Source of the DNA: Dehalococcoidia bacterium
GTDB taxonomy: Bacteria > Chloroflexota > Dehalococcoidia > Lucifugimonadales > Lucifugimonadaceae
DNA: 64,000 bases
NCBI GenBank assembly: GCA_965224235.1
Contig: CBDCYP010000001.1
Span: 768,848-832,847, forward strand
Reading direction: 5' to 3'
Below are positions 36,282-44,809 of the stretch, piece by piece; position 1 is the first letter of the stretch, and each line of letters starts with the position of its first letter. The notes beneath the pieces were generated by a model. It saw only the letters and a list, made by a program, of their open reading frames with translations. It had not been told where the DNA came from and did not search any database. The position numbers and the translations under genes are program-made.

Positions 36282-38216
36282 CTAACCCTCCGACACGGCC
36301 GGTATCACGGGCAAAACGACTTTTGACGCCCGATCATGATCGTGAAATACGGTGTTGTTTGCCGCCGCGCGCCTGCGGTCCAGGCCTATCGGCTCCCCGG
36401 TGTTGGGATTTACGTCGAAACGCGGGTGGTTTGAACTCGATATGTCGAGCCTGATCCGATGGCCTTGTGCAAACACATTGCTCGTCGGGTACAACGTGAT
36501 CGTCACCTGTACGGGTTCACCGGGTTCGACGAACTCAGCGCGCTCGAATCCGTTCCTGTAGCGAAGCCTCATGATCGAGTCGGTCAAATTGAGGTGATAG
36601 CCGAACGGGTACCAATAGGTCGGAGGGTAAACGTCGATGAGCTTGGCCGTGAAGTCCGTGTCGAGCGCATCCGTGGCTACCCACAGTTTGACCTCGATCG
36701 GGCCAGTGACTTCGACTGCCTCATCCAGTGGGTCCGTCTGGAACACGAGCACATCGGGACGAGACCCGAGCGGCAGGTAAGGCGGGCTGCAGCCGAACAC
36801 ATCGGGCCGTTCAGTTTGGTCAAATCCCCCAGCGACCATAATGTCGTGCTGCCGTTGCCCTCGTGGTACCAGGGACGGGTCGGAGAATCCGGCGGGCATT
36901 GGCGCAAGCTCTCGAAGCGAGGATACGCTGCCGCCAATCGACGGCACGGGGTTGCCGGGGTCGAAGCGGTAAGTGGCGCTCGATTCGGCCGTCTGTGGCG
37001 GGGAAGAGTCAAGCGATCCACCTTCGCGCAGGAAGTATTCGGTAAAGCGCGTGCGCGCAAGCGGCCATTCCCTCTCGGAGCGCCACTTGCCGCCGTGCAT
37101 CATGCGTCCTCCGGGAGTGCGGCGCCCCGAACCCCCACCCATCACGAATATCCTCAGAGGGGCATCTTCATCGATGGAGGTATCCACACCTTTCATCCAG
37201 CGGTCGAACCACTTCAAATGAACTGCTCTGAAGCTGTCGAGCGCCGCCTGCGCGCCAAATTCAATGTCGCCCGCGTAGTCCAACTCCGTAGTCGTTGTAC
37301 CGTGCGTCCACGGACCCATCAACAGCCGTACCGGGCCAGTCTTCTTCGCCGTCAGGTCCTTGAAGTTCTCGACCGAGGCGCGGGCGTAAGAGTCGTACCA
37401 CCCGCCAACCAGGAGAATCGGCACATCCGGGATGCTGTCGTAGTGCTCCCTTGGGTTGACACTCGGATGCTTCCAGTACTCGTCGTAGTCGGAGTGTCTG
37501 AGTAGTTCCAGAGCCCATTTTTCGTATGGCGGCACGATGGCGAGTTGTGTTTGGCCTTTGCGAATCGGCATTCGCGTTAGCCACTCGCCGAACGTCGGCG
37601 CGCCGAGATTTAGCGCAGGGGTGACGAAATCCTTCTCATTTAGATGTTTCTGGCTGTTCGACGCTGAATGCCAAAACGCCCACGCGAGAAAACGAAGCTC
37701 CAACGCTCCGCCCTGACGCACCGAACTTTCGTGAGCGTTCGATCCGCTCATGTTCGGGATCATCGCGGCCAGATTGTCCGGACCCAAGGCAGCCAACGCC
37801 GTCTGTGTCCAACTCGCCCACGAACAACCCCATGTCCCGACTCGGCCGGTTGACCAGGGTTGTTCCTTCATCCACTGCATCGTGTCGAATCCGTCCTCCG
37901 CCTCGGGAAACAGAAAATCTACTTCCCCTTCGGATTCGAAACATCCGCGGCAGTCCTGAACCACGACCGCGTATCCTCGTTCGGCGAACCAATGCGCATC
38001 CCCCGAAGACAACTCGACTTCGGTCTTGTTGTACGGAGTCCGTTGGAGGAGCGTAGGCAGGGGACCCGGCAGGGGCTTCCCGGCGCGCGCTGGCAGATAC
38101 ACGTCGGTCGACAGCAAGACGCCGTCTCTGGCGGCAACCTTCACGCCTTCGGTCAGGTCAACGTCGTATTGAGGGACCGAAGGCCGGACGGCAGGGTCGA
38201 TTGGTAATGGCTGCAT
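36282..38216 (-). CDS. CocE/NonD-family hydrolase (S15 X-Pro dipeptidyl-peptidase-like)
   Basis: 644 aa with LLQRTPYNK, the nucleophile region GTWGCSWASW and a C-terminal jelly-roll domain. ATG 38216 is preferred over TTG 38228. Confidence 0.8.
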   Translation of the reverse strand: MQPLPIDPAVRPSVPQYDVDLTEGVKVAARDGVLLSTDVYLPARAGKPLPGPLPTLLQRTPYNKTEVELSSGDAHWFAERGYAVVVQDCRGCFESEGEVDFLFPEAEDGFDTMQWMKEQPWSTGRVGTWGCSWASWTQTALAALGPDNLAAMIPNMSGSNAHESSVRQGGALELRFLAWAFWHSASNSQKHLNEKDFVTPALNLGAPTFGEWLTRMPIRKGQTQLAIVPPYEKWALELLRHSDYDEYWKHPSVNPREHYDSIPDVPILLVGGWYDSYARASVENFKDLTAKKTGPVRLLMGPWTHGTTTTELDYAGDIEFGAQAALDSFRAVHLKWFDRWMKGVDTSIDEDAPLRIFVMGGGSGRRTPGGRMMHGGKWRSEREWPLARTRFTEYFLREGGSLDSSPPQTAESSATYRFDPGNPVPSIGGSVSSLRELAPMPAGFSDPSLVPRGQRQHDIMVAGGFDQTERPDVFGCSPPYLPLGSRPDVLVFQTDPLDEAVEVTGPIEVKLWVATDALDTDFTAKLIDVYPPTYWYPFGYHLNLTDSIMRLRYRNGFERAEFVEPGEPVQVTITLYPTSNVFAQGHRIRLDISSSNHPRFDVNPNTGEPIGLDRRRAAANNTVFHDHDRASKVVLPVIPAVSEG

Positions 38217-38260
38217 TATTCCCCCCAAGGGATGTTGTTGACGGGCATGAGCCGTCGTTA

Positions 38261-39169
38261 TTACAGATTGGACACATCTAGATCGAGCGCTCCGAGGACA
38301 TCGTCCAATTCTGTGCGCGTCGCTTCATCGAGGGCGGGCGCGGGTCTGCGCACCGCAGGTACATCGAGGAAACCCCGTTTCGCAAGAATGTGCTTTCTGA
38401 TGGACAGGCCAATGCCCTGCTGGTTCTCGTATCGAATCAGCGGCAGCCAACGGTAAAAGATGCTGCGGGCGCCATCCACGTCACCGGCGGCATGGCGGCG
38501 ATGTATAGCCGCGAGCACTTCGGGATATGCGAAACCCGTCATCGTCCCGACAGCCCCCCGCTGGAGTTCTTCAAGCAGGAAACCACCTCCCATACCGCCG
38601 AATATGCCCATGCGGTCTCCGGTCAGGGCCAGAACCCGGGTTATCTTGGGCGGCGTTGGCGGGTCTTCGAGTTTGAGGTATTTCGCCCCGGGAAGCTCGC
38701 GGTTGAGCCTCGCAATGAACGCTGGGTCCATATGCACGCCGGTCTGTTCAGGGAGATCCTGGACCACGATAGGAATAGCGGTAGACTCCTGAATCTGAGC
38801 GTAGTAGCTGAATGTGGACTCAGGATTGGGTTTCGCCATCCTCGCCGGCGACGCCATCACAGCGGTTGCCCCTGCCCGTTCAGCCTCGTGTGACCGTTCT
38901 GCGACCACCTGCTCGCTGTCGGCGCTGATCCCGACTGTGACCGTAAGATTGCCGGAAACCGCAACAACCGATTCAAGAACTTGCGATCTTTCTGCGTCGG
39001 TCAACCGATGCGCCTCCCCCATTACCCCCAGGCACACAACCCCTCGGCACCCCGCAACCTGAGCCGCGCCGAGGAGCCGGGCAAAGGGTTTTACATCCAA
39101 ACGTCCATCCTCTGAGAATGGTGTCGGAAGCATGAAATGGATTCCGTTTAGAGAATTGTCGCCGCCCAT
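38261..39169 (-). CDS. dihydrodipicolinate synthase/N-acetylneuraminate lyase-family (DapA-like) class I aldolase
   Basis: PTPFSEDGRLD N-terminus and family length. AAGGTGG Shine-Dalgarno. Confidence 0.7.
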   Translation of the reverse strand: MGGDNSLNGIHFMLPTPFSEDGRLDVKPFARLLGAAQVAGCRGVVCLGVMGEAHRLTDAERSQVLESVVAVSGNLTVTVGISADSEQVVAERSHEAERAGATAVMASPARMAKPNPESTFSYYAQIQESTAIPIVVQDLPEQTGVHMDPAFIARLNRELPGAKYLKLEDPPTPPKITRVLALTGDRMGIFGGMGGGFLLEELQRGAVGTMTGFAYPEVLAAIHRRHAAGDVDGARSIFYRWLPLIRYENQQGIGLSIRKHILAKRGFLDVPAVRRPAPALDEATRTELDDVLGALDLDVSNL

Positions 39170-39461
39170 TTAGACCACCTTGTTGCTTCAATGCCGTTGA
39201 ATTACCCTGATATGGTGCGGTTCACAGGCAGCCGGGCGCAACCCGAACTGCGAAATTACATCACTTTGACGCTATCTCTGCAGCATTGGTAAACTTCGCA
39301 TGATGCGACCTATGGGCAAATACTGTTCATGTTGTGGACCGTAGGGCACGGTTTTGACACATCGCGACAATTTCGGCCCCACACCAGAAAGCGGCGTGGG
39401 GCCGAACTGTTAACGGGCATAAGTTGTATTTCGACCGGAAATCCGGTCAGCATTTGGGCGC

Positions 39462-41309
39462 ATGCCAGACTGTGACGTCAGACTACACAGGCAGGCAGGC
39501 AGGGAGACAGGATTGACCACAACAGCCAATCGAACCACGGCCGGAGAAAAATGGACTCCGAATCCAGCAGGGAGACGCGTACTGCCCATCCTGCCAGAAG
39601 AGATCGAAACCTTTGAAGAGGAAGTCCAGCGCTTCCGAGCCGGCGAGTGGGACAACACTGAGTTCACCCGTTTCAGGCTGCGCCAGGGTATCTACGGGCA
39701 AAGACAACCAGAAAGCCAAATGATCCGGATAAAGGTCCCATTTGGCGGCCTGACCGCAGACCAGATGGACGTAATGGGGCAGATTTCGGACCGCTTTGCG
39801 CCTTTGAAAAAAGGGCATCTGACCACCCGGGAAAATGTCCAGTTCCACCACGTGCCGTTGCCGGAAACACCGGAGGTCCTGCGGGCACTGGGCGACGTGG
39901 GCCTGACCACTCGCGAGGCTTGCGGCAACACGGTTCGCAACGTCGTGGCCCCTCCAGAGGCCGGCGTTGCAAGTGATGAGGTTTTCGACGTGACTCCTTA
40001 CGCCGGGGCGTACGCCCGGTACTTTCTGCGGCACGCCACTACCCAAAACATGCCGCGCAAGGTGAAGACCGCGTTCTCGGGATCAGAGAACGACGTATCG
40101 ATTACGGCTATTCACGACGTCGGTTTCATAGCCCGCGTCAGGGACGGCCAAAGAGGTTTCAAGATGGTGGTCGGCGGCGGACTGTCGATCATGCCACGGA
40201 TGGCCGACACGCTCTACGAATTTGTCCCGGTGGACGAGTTCCTGAAGGTCTCGGAAGCGTGCCTCAGGATTTTCAACAGGTCGACCGAAGAGCGCAAAAG
40301 CCTCATGAAGGCTCGCATCAAGTTCCTGATTGCAAGAGAAGGGATTGAAGAGTTCCGGCGATTGGTTGAGCTCGAACTCGAAGGCGAGTGGGCAAAGAAG
40401 AGTGTCGATCTGGACGTCCTCCTCTTCGTCGAAGAAGAGGAAACCGATGCGCCCGGACCGGCGGCGAGCTGCACACCCGAACCGGCGGACGACGATTCGT
40501 ACGCCCTTTGGAAGCGAGAGAACACGAGCCCGCAACGCCAGACCGGCTTTAACCTCGTCTACGTACGAGTGGAGCGGGGCGACATCTACGCCGAACAGTG
40601 GTCCCCGTTAGGCGACATCGCAAGAGGCTTCGCGGGCGGACGGGCGCGCATCGACCAGCAGCAAAACCTGATATTCAGATGGGTTCGCGACGAGGCGCTC
40701 TACGACGTCTATCTGAAGCTCAGGGATCTGGACATGGCCGCGGCGGGCCGTGAAACTATCCGCGACATCGTTACCTGTCCGGGAACCGATTCCTGCAAAC
40801 TCGGAATCACCTCATCGATGGGGCTCAACAAGGCTTTGGGCGAGGTCATTGACAAGCTCGACACAGACGATCAGCAGATCAGGAAAATCCACATCAAGGC
40901 CAGTGGTTGCCCCAACTCATGCGGCCAGCACCACATCGCCGATATCGGCTTCCACGGCGCCGTGATGAAGGGAAAGGGCGGCCAGGTGCCGGCGTACGAG
41001 TTGTTCCTAGGCGGTAAATACGATGATGGCGATGTTCTAGTGGGCCAGCGCGTCAAAGCGCGGGTGCCCGCCCGGTTCGCGCCGCGTGCTCTCACTTCGG
41101 TTCTCGACTACTACCGCGAGAATCGGAACGCTGACGAGCCGTTCGCCAGTTTCGTGCAACGCGTGGGCACTGCGCCCTTTGAACAGATGTTCCGACCCTA
41201 CAAAGAGGAGGTCGGACCTCTCGACAGGGAAAACATCGACAGCTACATGGACTGGGGCAAGACGGTCCTGTACAAGTTGGAGCGCGGGGAGGGCGAGTGC
41301 GCCGTCTAG
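39462..41309 (+). CDS. sir: ferredoxin-dependent sulfite/nitrite reductase (siroheme-[4Fe-4S] hemoprotein)
   Basis: RFRLRQGIYGQRQ..MIRIKVPFGGLTADQ, TTRENVQFHH, and the Cys cluster TCPGTDSCKLG...ASGCPNSCGQH. The alternative TTG start at 39513 has a better Shine-Dalgarno (GGGAGA). Confidence 0.85.
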   Translation: MPDCDVRLHRQAGRETGLTTTANRTTAGEKWTPNPAGRRVLPILPEEIETFEEEVQRFRAGEWDNTEFTRFRLRQGIYGQRQPESQMIRIKVPFGGLTADQMDVMGQISDRFAPLKKGHLTTRENVQFHHVPLPETPEVLRALGDVGLTTREACGNTVRNVVAPPEAGVASDEVFDVTPYAGAYARYFLRHATTQNMPRKVKTAFSGSENDVSITAIHDVGFIARVRDGQRGFKMVVGGGLSIMPRMADTLYEFVPVDEFLKVSEACLRIFNRSTEERKSLMKARIKFLIAREGIEEFRRLVELELEGEWAKKSVDLDVLLFVEEEETDAPGPAASCTPEPADDDSYALWKRENTSPQRQTGFNLVYVRVERGDIYAEQWSPLGDIARGFAGGRARIDQQQNLIFRWVRDEALYDVYLKLRDLDMAAAGRETIRDIVTCPGTDSCKLGITSSMGLNKALGEVIDKLDTDDQQIRKIHIKASGCPNSCGQHHIADIGFHGAVMKGKGGQVPAYELFLGGKYDDGDVLVGQRVKARVPARFAPRALTSVLDYYRENRNADEPFASFVQRVGTAPFEQMFRPYKEEVGPLDRENIDSYMDWGKTVLYKLERGEGECAV

Positions 41310-41370
41310 GAACGCGCCTCCCAACCCACAGATCGGCTAAAACCAGATCCCTAACAATGGGAGCGGTAAA

Positions 41371-41398
41371 AACTTCTTCCCCCTTTTCGGAGGAAGTT
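41371..41398. terminator. hairpin between convergent genes (candidate terminator)
   Basis: aacttcttcc-cccttttc-ggaggaagtt forms a 10-bp stem with one mismatch. On the minus strand it is followed by tttacc. Confidence 0.35.
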
Positions 41399-41440
41399 CA
41401 GGGCGAGGGTGAATGTCGCCGCCGCCGATGTATGGCGGGC

Positions 41441-41878
41441 CTAACGGTCGCCGCGCTTGAACCACCTCTGTAGCAGACTGGGCCGGTGTTCCCGAAAGTC
41501 GACCACGTTGCCGCTGTCCCGCGAGGGTTCGGTCTCTTGGCCGCGCCACCATGTCGCAGGCTGTTCGCCCTTGCGAACCCGCGGCTTGGCCTTTCGCCCG
41601 CCCCTTACTGACATCCAATACCCTGCGGCAAAGAGCCCCGCTCCAAGAAGAGCGAACGGCAGCGTCAGAGGCCGCCCAAGAAATCCCGCCGCGATGAGGG
41701 TGACCATCCCCAGCACAACGAGATGACCGGATGTGATTCCGATACGGCCGATCTGTGAAACCGGGCGTGCCATCTTCGGAGCGGCGACCGCCAAAGGCTC
41801 TTTGACTTCGTCCTTCGCAAGTATCTCCTCGATCTCACGCCGGACCCGTTCACCTGACTCCCTGGATTTTTCCTGCAC
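41441..41878 (-). CDS. hypothetical membrane protein (2 predicted TM helices, charged N- and C-termini)
   Basis: ORF track. Hydrophobic stretches HLVVLGMVTLIAAGFLG and LPFALLGAGLFAAGYW. No family recognised. Confidence 0.5.
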   Translation of the reverse strand: MQEKSRESGERVRREIEEILAKDEVKEPLAVAAPKMARPVSQIGRIGITSGHLVVLGMVTLIAAGFLGRPLTLPFALLGAGLFAAGYWMSVRGGRKAKPRVRKGEQPATWWRGQETEPSRDSGNVVDFREHRPSLLQRWFKRGDR

Positions 41879-42149
41879 CTGTATTCCTCCGCATGGCCTA
41901 ACGCGTCGGAGCCCTGAGAGGGCATCCCTGACGCGTTTGCCCTCTAACCGGCGACGCTAAGTCAGTTGCCCTCGGCGTGCTGCCCTTAGCCGCCGGCGGA
42001 CGTTACGCCCATAAGTAAATGGAAACGCGTAGTTGAATACGCCTCGCGTCTCATCCGAGTTGGCGAACCTTGCTTAACTCTTCGAAGGAGCGGCCATGCG
42101 CACTGCTCATTGAGCGGCGGAACAGTGCCCCTTCCCTTCGCGACGCGGG

Positions 42150-42506
42150 TCAATAGGGACTCTTGTCCTCGGCGACTTGCAGGCTGACATGGCCGCTTGC
42201 AATCTGCGCGGTATCGCGAGGCCGAACTCGCTTCGCGATATCCATTGCAGACTCGATCTCCGCCACCCGCAACTCAAACGTCTTCTGAAGGTTCAGCCAG
42301 AGTTGCGGTGTAGTACCGAAGTAGCGAGATAGGCGCAGAGCCGTATCAGCGGTTACCCCGCGTTGGCCCTTCAGGATCGTCGTAATCCGGTTCGCGGGAA
42401 CCCCCAAGGCGCCAGCCAGCGCATTGGCAGACATGCCAAACTCCTCAAGCTCTTCGCCCAATATCTCACCCGGGTGTACCGGCCGCATTCCGTTTTTCAC
42501 ACTCAT
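42150..42506 (-). CDS. higA: HigA-family antitoxin (Xre-type HTH)
   Basis: ORF 42150..42665 trimmed to ATG 42506 (GAGGAG Shine-Dalgarno). The sequence RPVHPGEILGEELEEFGMSANALAGALGVPANRITTILKGQRGVTADTALRLSRYFGTTPQLWLNLQ is a textbook HigA/VapI. Confidence 0.9.
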   Translation of the reverse strand: MSVKNGMRPVHPGEILGEELEEFGMSANALAGALGVPANRITTILKGQRGVTADTALRLSRYFGTTPQLWLNLQKTFELRVAEIESAMDIAKRVRPRDTAQIASGHVSLQVAEDKSPY

Positions 42507-42516
42507 CTCAAACTCC

Positions 42517-42798
42517 TCACCGGTGGTAATCCACGATCTCCACGTCGTACGGTCCATCGTGGCTCCAGCGAAAACAGATGCGCCACTGGCGATTGATCCG
42601 TATGCTGCGCTGCCCTGACCGAACGCCGGAGAGCGATTCCAACCGATTACTAGGTAAACCCCCAAGGTCTTGCAGTGTTGAAGCTGAGTCCAACACCGTT
42701 AGCCGACGCGTCGCCTGATTGGCAAATCCCTGGAACGCTCGGACCAACTGGCCTTCGTAAAACCGCCTGGTCGACCGATCCTTGAATCCCTGTATCAT
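42517..42798 (-). CDS. higB: HigB toxin (plasmid maintenance system killer, RelE/ParE superfamily)
   Basis: 93 aa with the PSNRLESLSG..RSGQRSIRINRQWRICFRW....VEIVDYH motif. Lies 10 nt upstream of higA. Confidence 0.9.
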   Translation of the reverse strand: MIQGFKDRSTRRFYEGQLVRAFQGFANQATRRLTVLDSASTLQDLGGLPSNRLESLSGVRSGQRSIRINRQWRICFRWSHDGPYDVEIVDYHR

Positions 42799-42822
42799 TG
42801 TACGTCTTACGTAAAGTGTACA
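42799..42822. promoter_or_regulatory. palindrome abutting the higB start codon (candidate HigA operator)
   Basis: In tgtacgtcttacgtaaagtgtaca, the outer arms TGTAC/GTACA enclose the near-palindrome cttacgtaaag. Confidence 0.35.
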
Positions 42823-43033
42823 TCATTCCCGCACCCTGTGGGGCAATCAGGAACGATTCTTCAAACGAATATATCCCTTCCGCGTTGGAAGAGACCCTGG
42901 CGCAACTCAATCATGGGGCGCCGAATGTCCGGTCCGGCAAATCGAGACGGCAACGCACTCACCGCATTCAGCGGGACAAGGCCGGGAAGGGTGGAACAAT
43001 CCGCCCCCGGGAACTGGCTACAACCGCCCTGCC

Positions 43034-43300
43034 TCAGGTGTTCAGGCCGGGCTCGGAACTGTCGTAGTCGTAGTCGTAGTTGAGCGGGATGAATTCTTGC
43101 TGATCGTCCGGTACCTGATCTTCAGGGAAGATGGCGTTTACGGGGCAAACAGGTTCGCACGCCGCGCAGTCAATGCACTCGTCCGGACTGATGAACAGTT
43201 GCCGGTCACCCGGCTTTGAGTAGATGCAGTCGACTGGGCATACATCGACGCATGCTCCGTCCATCACGTCTACGCAATCTTTTGCGATGATGTAAGTCAT
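43034..43300 (-). CDS. fdxA: 7Fe-type ferredoxin ([3Fe-4S][4Fe-4S], FdxA-like)
   Basis: ORF trimmed to ATG 43300. MTYIIAKDCVDVMDGACVDVCPVDCIY...CIDCAACEPVCPVNAI. Confidence 0.85.
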   Translation of the reverse strand: MTYIIAKDCVDVMDGACVDVCPVDCIYSKPGDRQLFISPDECIDCAACEPVCPVNAIFPEDQVPDDQQEFIPLNYDYDYDSSEPGLNT

Positions 43301-43429
43301 CCGGCGACCTCTCCTAACGCTGCCAGCATCAGGCGCGCGAAACAATCAAGTCTGAATCCGACGGCGGATTATACGTAACCGGCGCCACCCCGTGCAGTGT
43401 TCGGCGACCCGTACGAGCCGTATTAACTG

Positions 43430-43786
43430 TTAACCACCTGAGCAGCCGCAACCGCCCCCACCGCAAGCACAACCGCCAGCAAAGTTCGGATTCGAGATAA
43501 CGAACCCTGAACGCTGGAACCCCTCTACGTAGTCGATGCTCGACCCATCAAGCAGCGGCGCGCTGTCTTCATCGATCAACGCTCGAACTCCACCAGACTC
43601 AACGGTTCTATCTTCTTCGCCAGCATCTTCTTCGAGCCCGAACACGTACTCCACGCCCCCGGCAGGGTTTTGGGTGACCGCGATACGCAAATACGATCCT
43701 TCGGCATCTTGCTCTTTAAGGACCTCTGACAGCTTGGTCGTGGCAGCCTCAGTGAATGCCACAATTTGCTGATTCTCAATGACCAT
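43430..43786 (-). CDS. HesB/IscA-family iron-sulfur cluster insertion protein with a Cys/Gly-rich tail
   Basis: ORF trimmed to ATG 43786 (GGGAGGG Shine-Dalgarno). Contains LRIAVTQNPAGGVEYVFGL and LIDEDSAPLLDGSSIDYVE. The C-terminus is GGCACGGGGCGCSGG. Confidence 0.75.
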   Translation of the reverse strand: MVIENQQIVAFTEAATTKLSEVLKEQDAEGSYLRIAVTQNPAGGVEYVFGLEEDAGEEDRTVESGGVRALIDEDSAPLLDGSSIDYVEGFQRSGFVISNPNFAGGCACGGGGCGCSGG

Positions 43787-44132
43787 CAAACCCTCCCGGC
43801 GCGGGAAATCGGCGCGTCGTTCCCCGCTGGACGCTGTAATTGATTCGCCAGAGATAATTCTACTTGATGACGGGCCCACGCTGGCAAACGACCTGGGCTG
43901 GGCCAATTTTTCGGCGCCGATATCGCATTTCGTACGAATTGGGCTTTCGACTCTCCGATTTGGTATGTATTATTTCGAATAAGGGTGGCTTAACGATTCA
44001 TGTTCTGCGAATTCCGCCGCCGTATCAAAAACCTTAATCGTCGCCTACGACCAGCAGTGACTGCCTCTAAACGGTCAACCCGGGTAGTTTTACCGCGAAT
44101 TCCTGGCCAACGCGACTAAAGAACGGGGAACC

Positions 44133-44573
44133 ATGGACGATCTCGACCGCAAAATTATCAATATCCTAGGGCAATCCGGCAGGGCGCCCAACGCTCACAT
44201 CGCACGGGACGTGGGCGTCAGCGAAGGCACTGTCCGACGTCGACTCAAGCGCCTTATCAACGAAAAGATTATCAATGTCGTAGCCCTGCCGGACCCCCGA
44301 AAACTGGGTTACGAATCCGAAGCGCTGATAGGCGTGCAGGTCGATCCAGACAAGATTGATGCCGTCGCCAACGAGATTTCCAAACTGACTGCAACCCGGT
44401 GGGTGGCCGTTACGACCGGAACCTACGACGTCTTCGCGTGGGCGACGTTGCCAAACGCCGAAACATTGGGGCGATTCCTGCGGGACCAGGTGGGCACCAT
44501 CGGCGGCGTCCGCCGCACTGAGACGTTCGTGAACCTCGCCGTTGTGAAGAGGTCTGCCGGAATACCAGTATGA
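44133..44573 (+). CDS. Lrp/AsnC-family transcriptional regulator
   Basis: LDRKIINILGQSGRAPNAHIARDVGVSEGTVRRRLKRL HTH followed by a RAM domain. Confidence 0.85.
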   Translation: MDDLDRKIINILGQSGRAPNAHIARDVGVSEGTVRRRLKRLINEKIINVVALPDPRKLGYESEALIGVQVDPDKIDAVANEISKLTATRWVAVTTGTYDVFAWATLPNAETLGRFLRDQVGTIGGVRRTETFVNLAVVKRSAGIPV

Positions 44574-44809
44574 ACTGACTGAGCCTTCGCGCTCCGGGGT
44601 GTCAGCCCGCTCGACGACGTTGACCGGGCTTTCAACCCGTTTCCGCCCCGACAAGTCCGATTAATCCAGGGCCGTGTCCGGTCCACGTCGGATGATTCAG
44701 CTGGGAGTACCCCTCCCCCTCTCGAAACCATTACATAACCTCGAAAGATCGGATTGCCTGGCGCCATGGCCGGTGGATTCGCCGCATTTTCCGGGGTAGA
44801 AGGCAAAGT

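Noticed and set aside
42096-42113. Five-codon mini-ORF (MRTAH*) with a good GAAGGAG Shine-Dalgarno, considered as a possible leader peptide.
   Set aside because: There is no downstream same-strand gene for it to regulate, since higA and higB are on the opposite strand. It is too short to distinguish from chance.
44574-44809. Possible T-box leader upstream of aspS. The leader is 236 nt and contains GGTGGATTCGCCGC and GAC triplets.
   Set aside because: The match to the conserved T-box sequence (AAnnnGGGTGGTACCGCG) is poor. I could not identify a Stem I specifier loop or a convincing terminator/antiterminator alternative by eye. A cmsearch with RF00230 would settle it.
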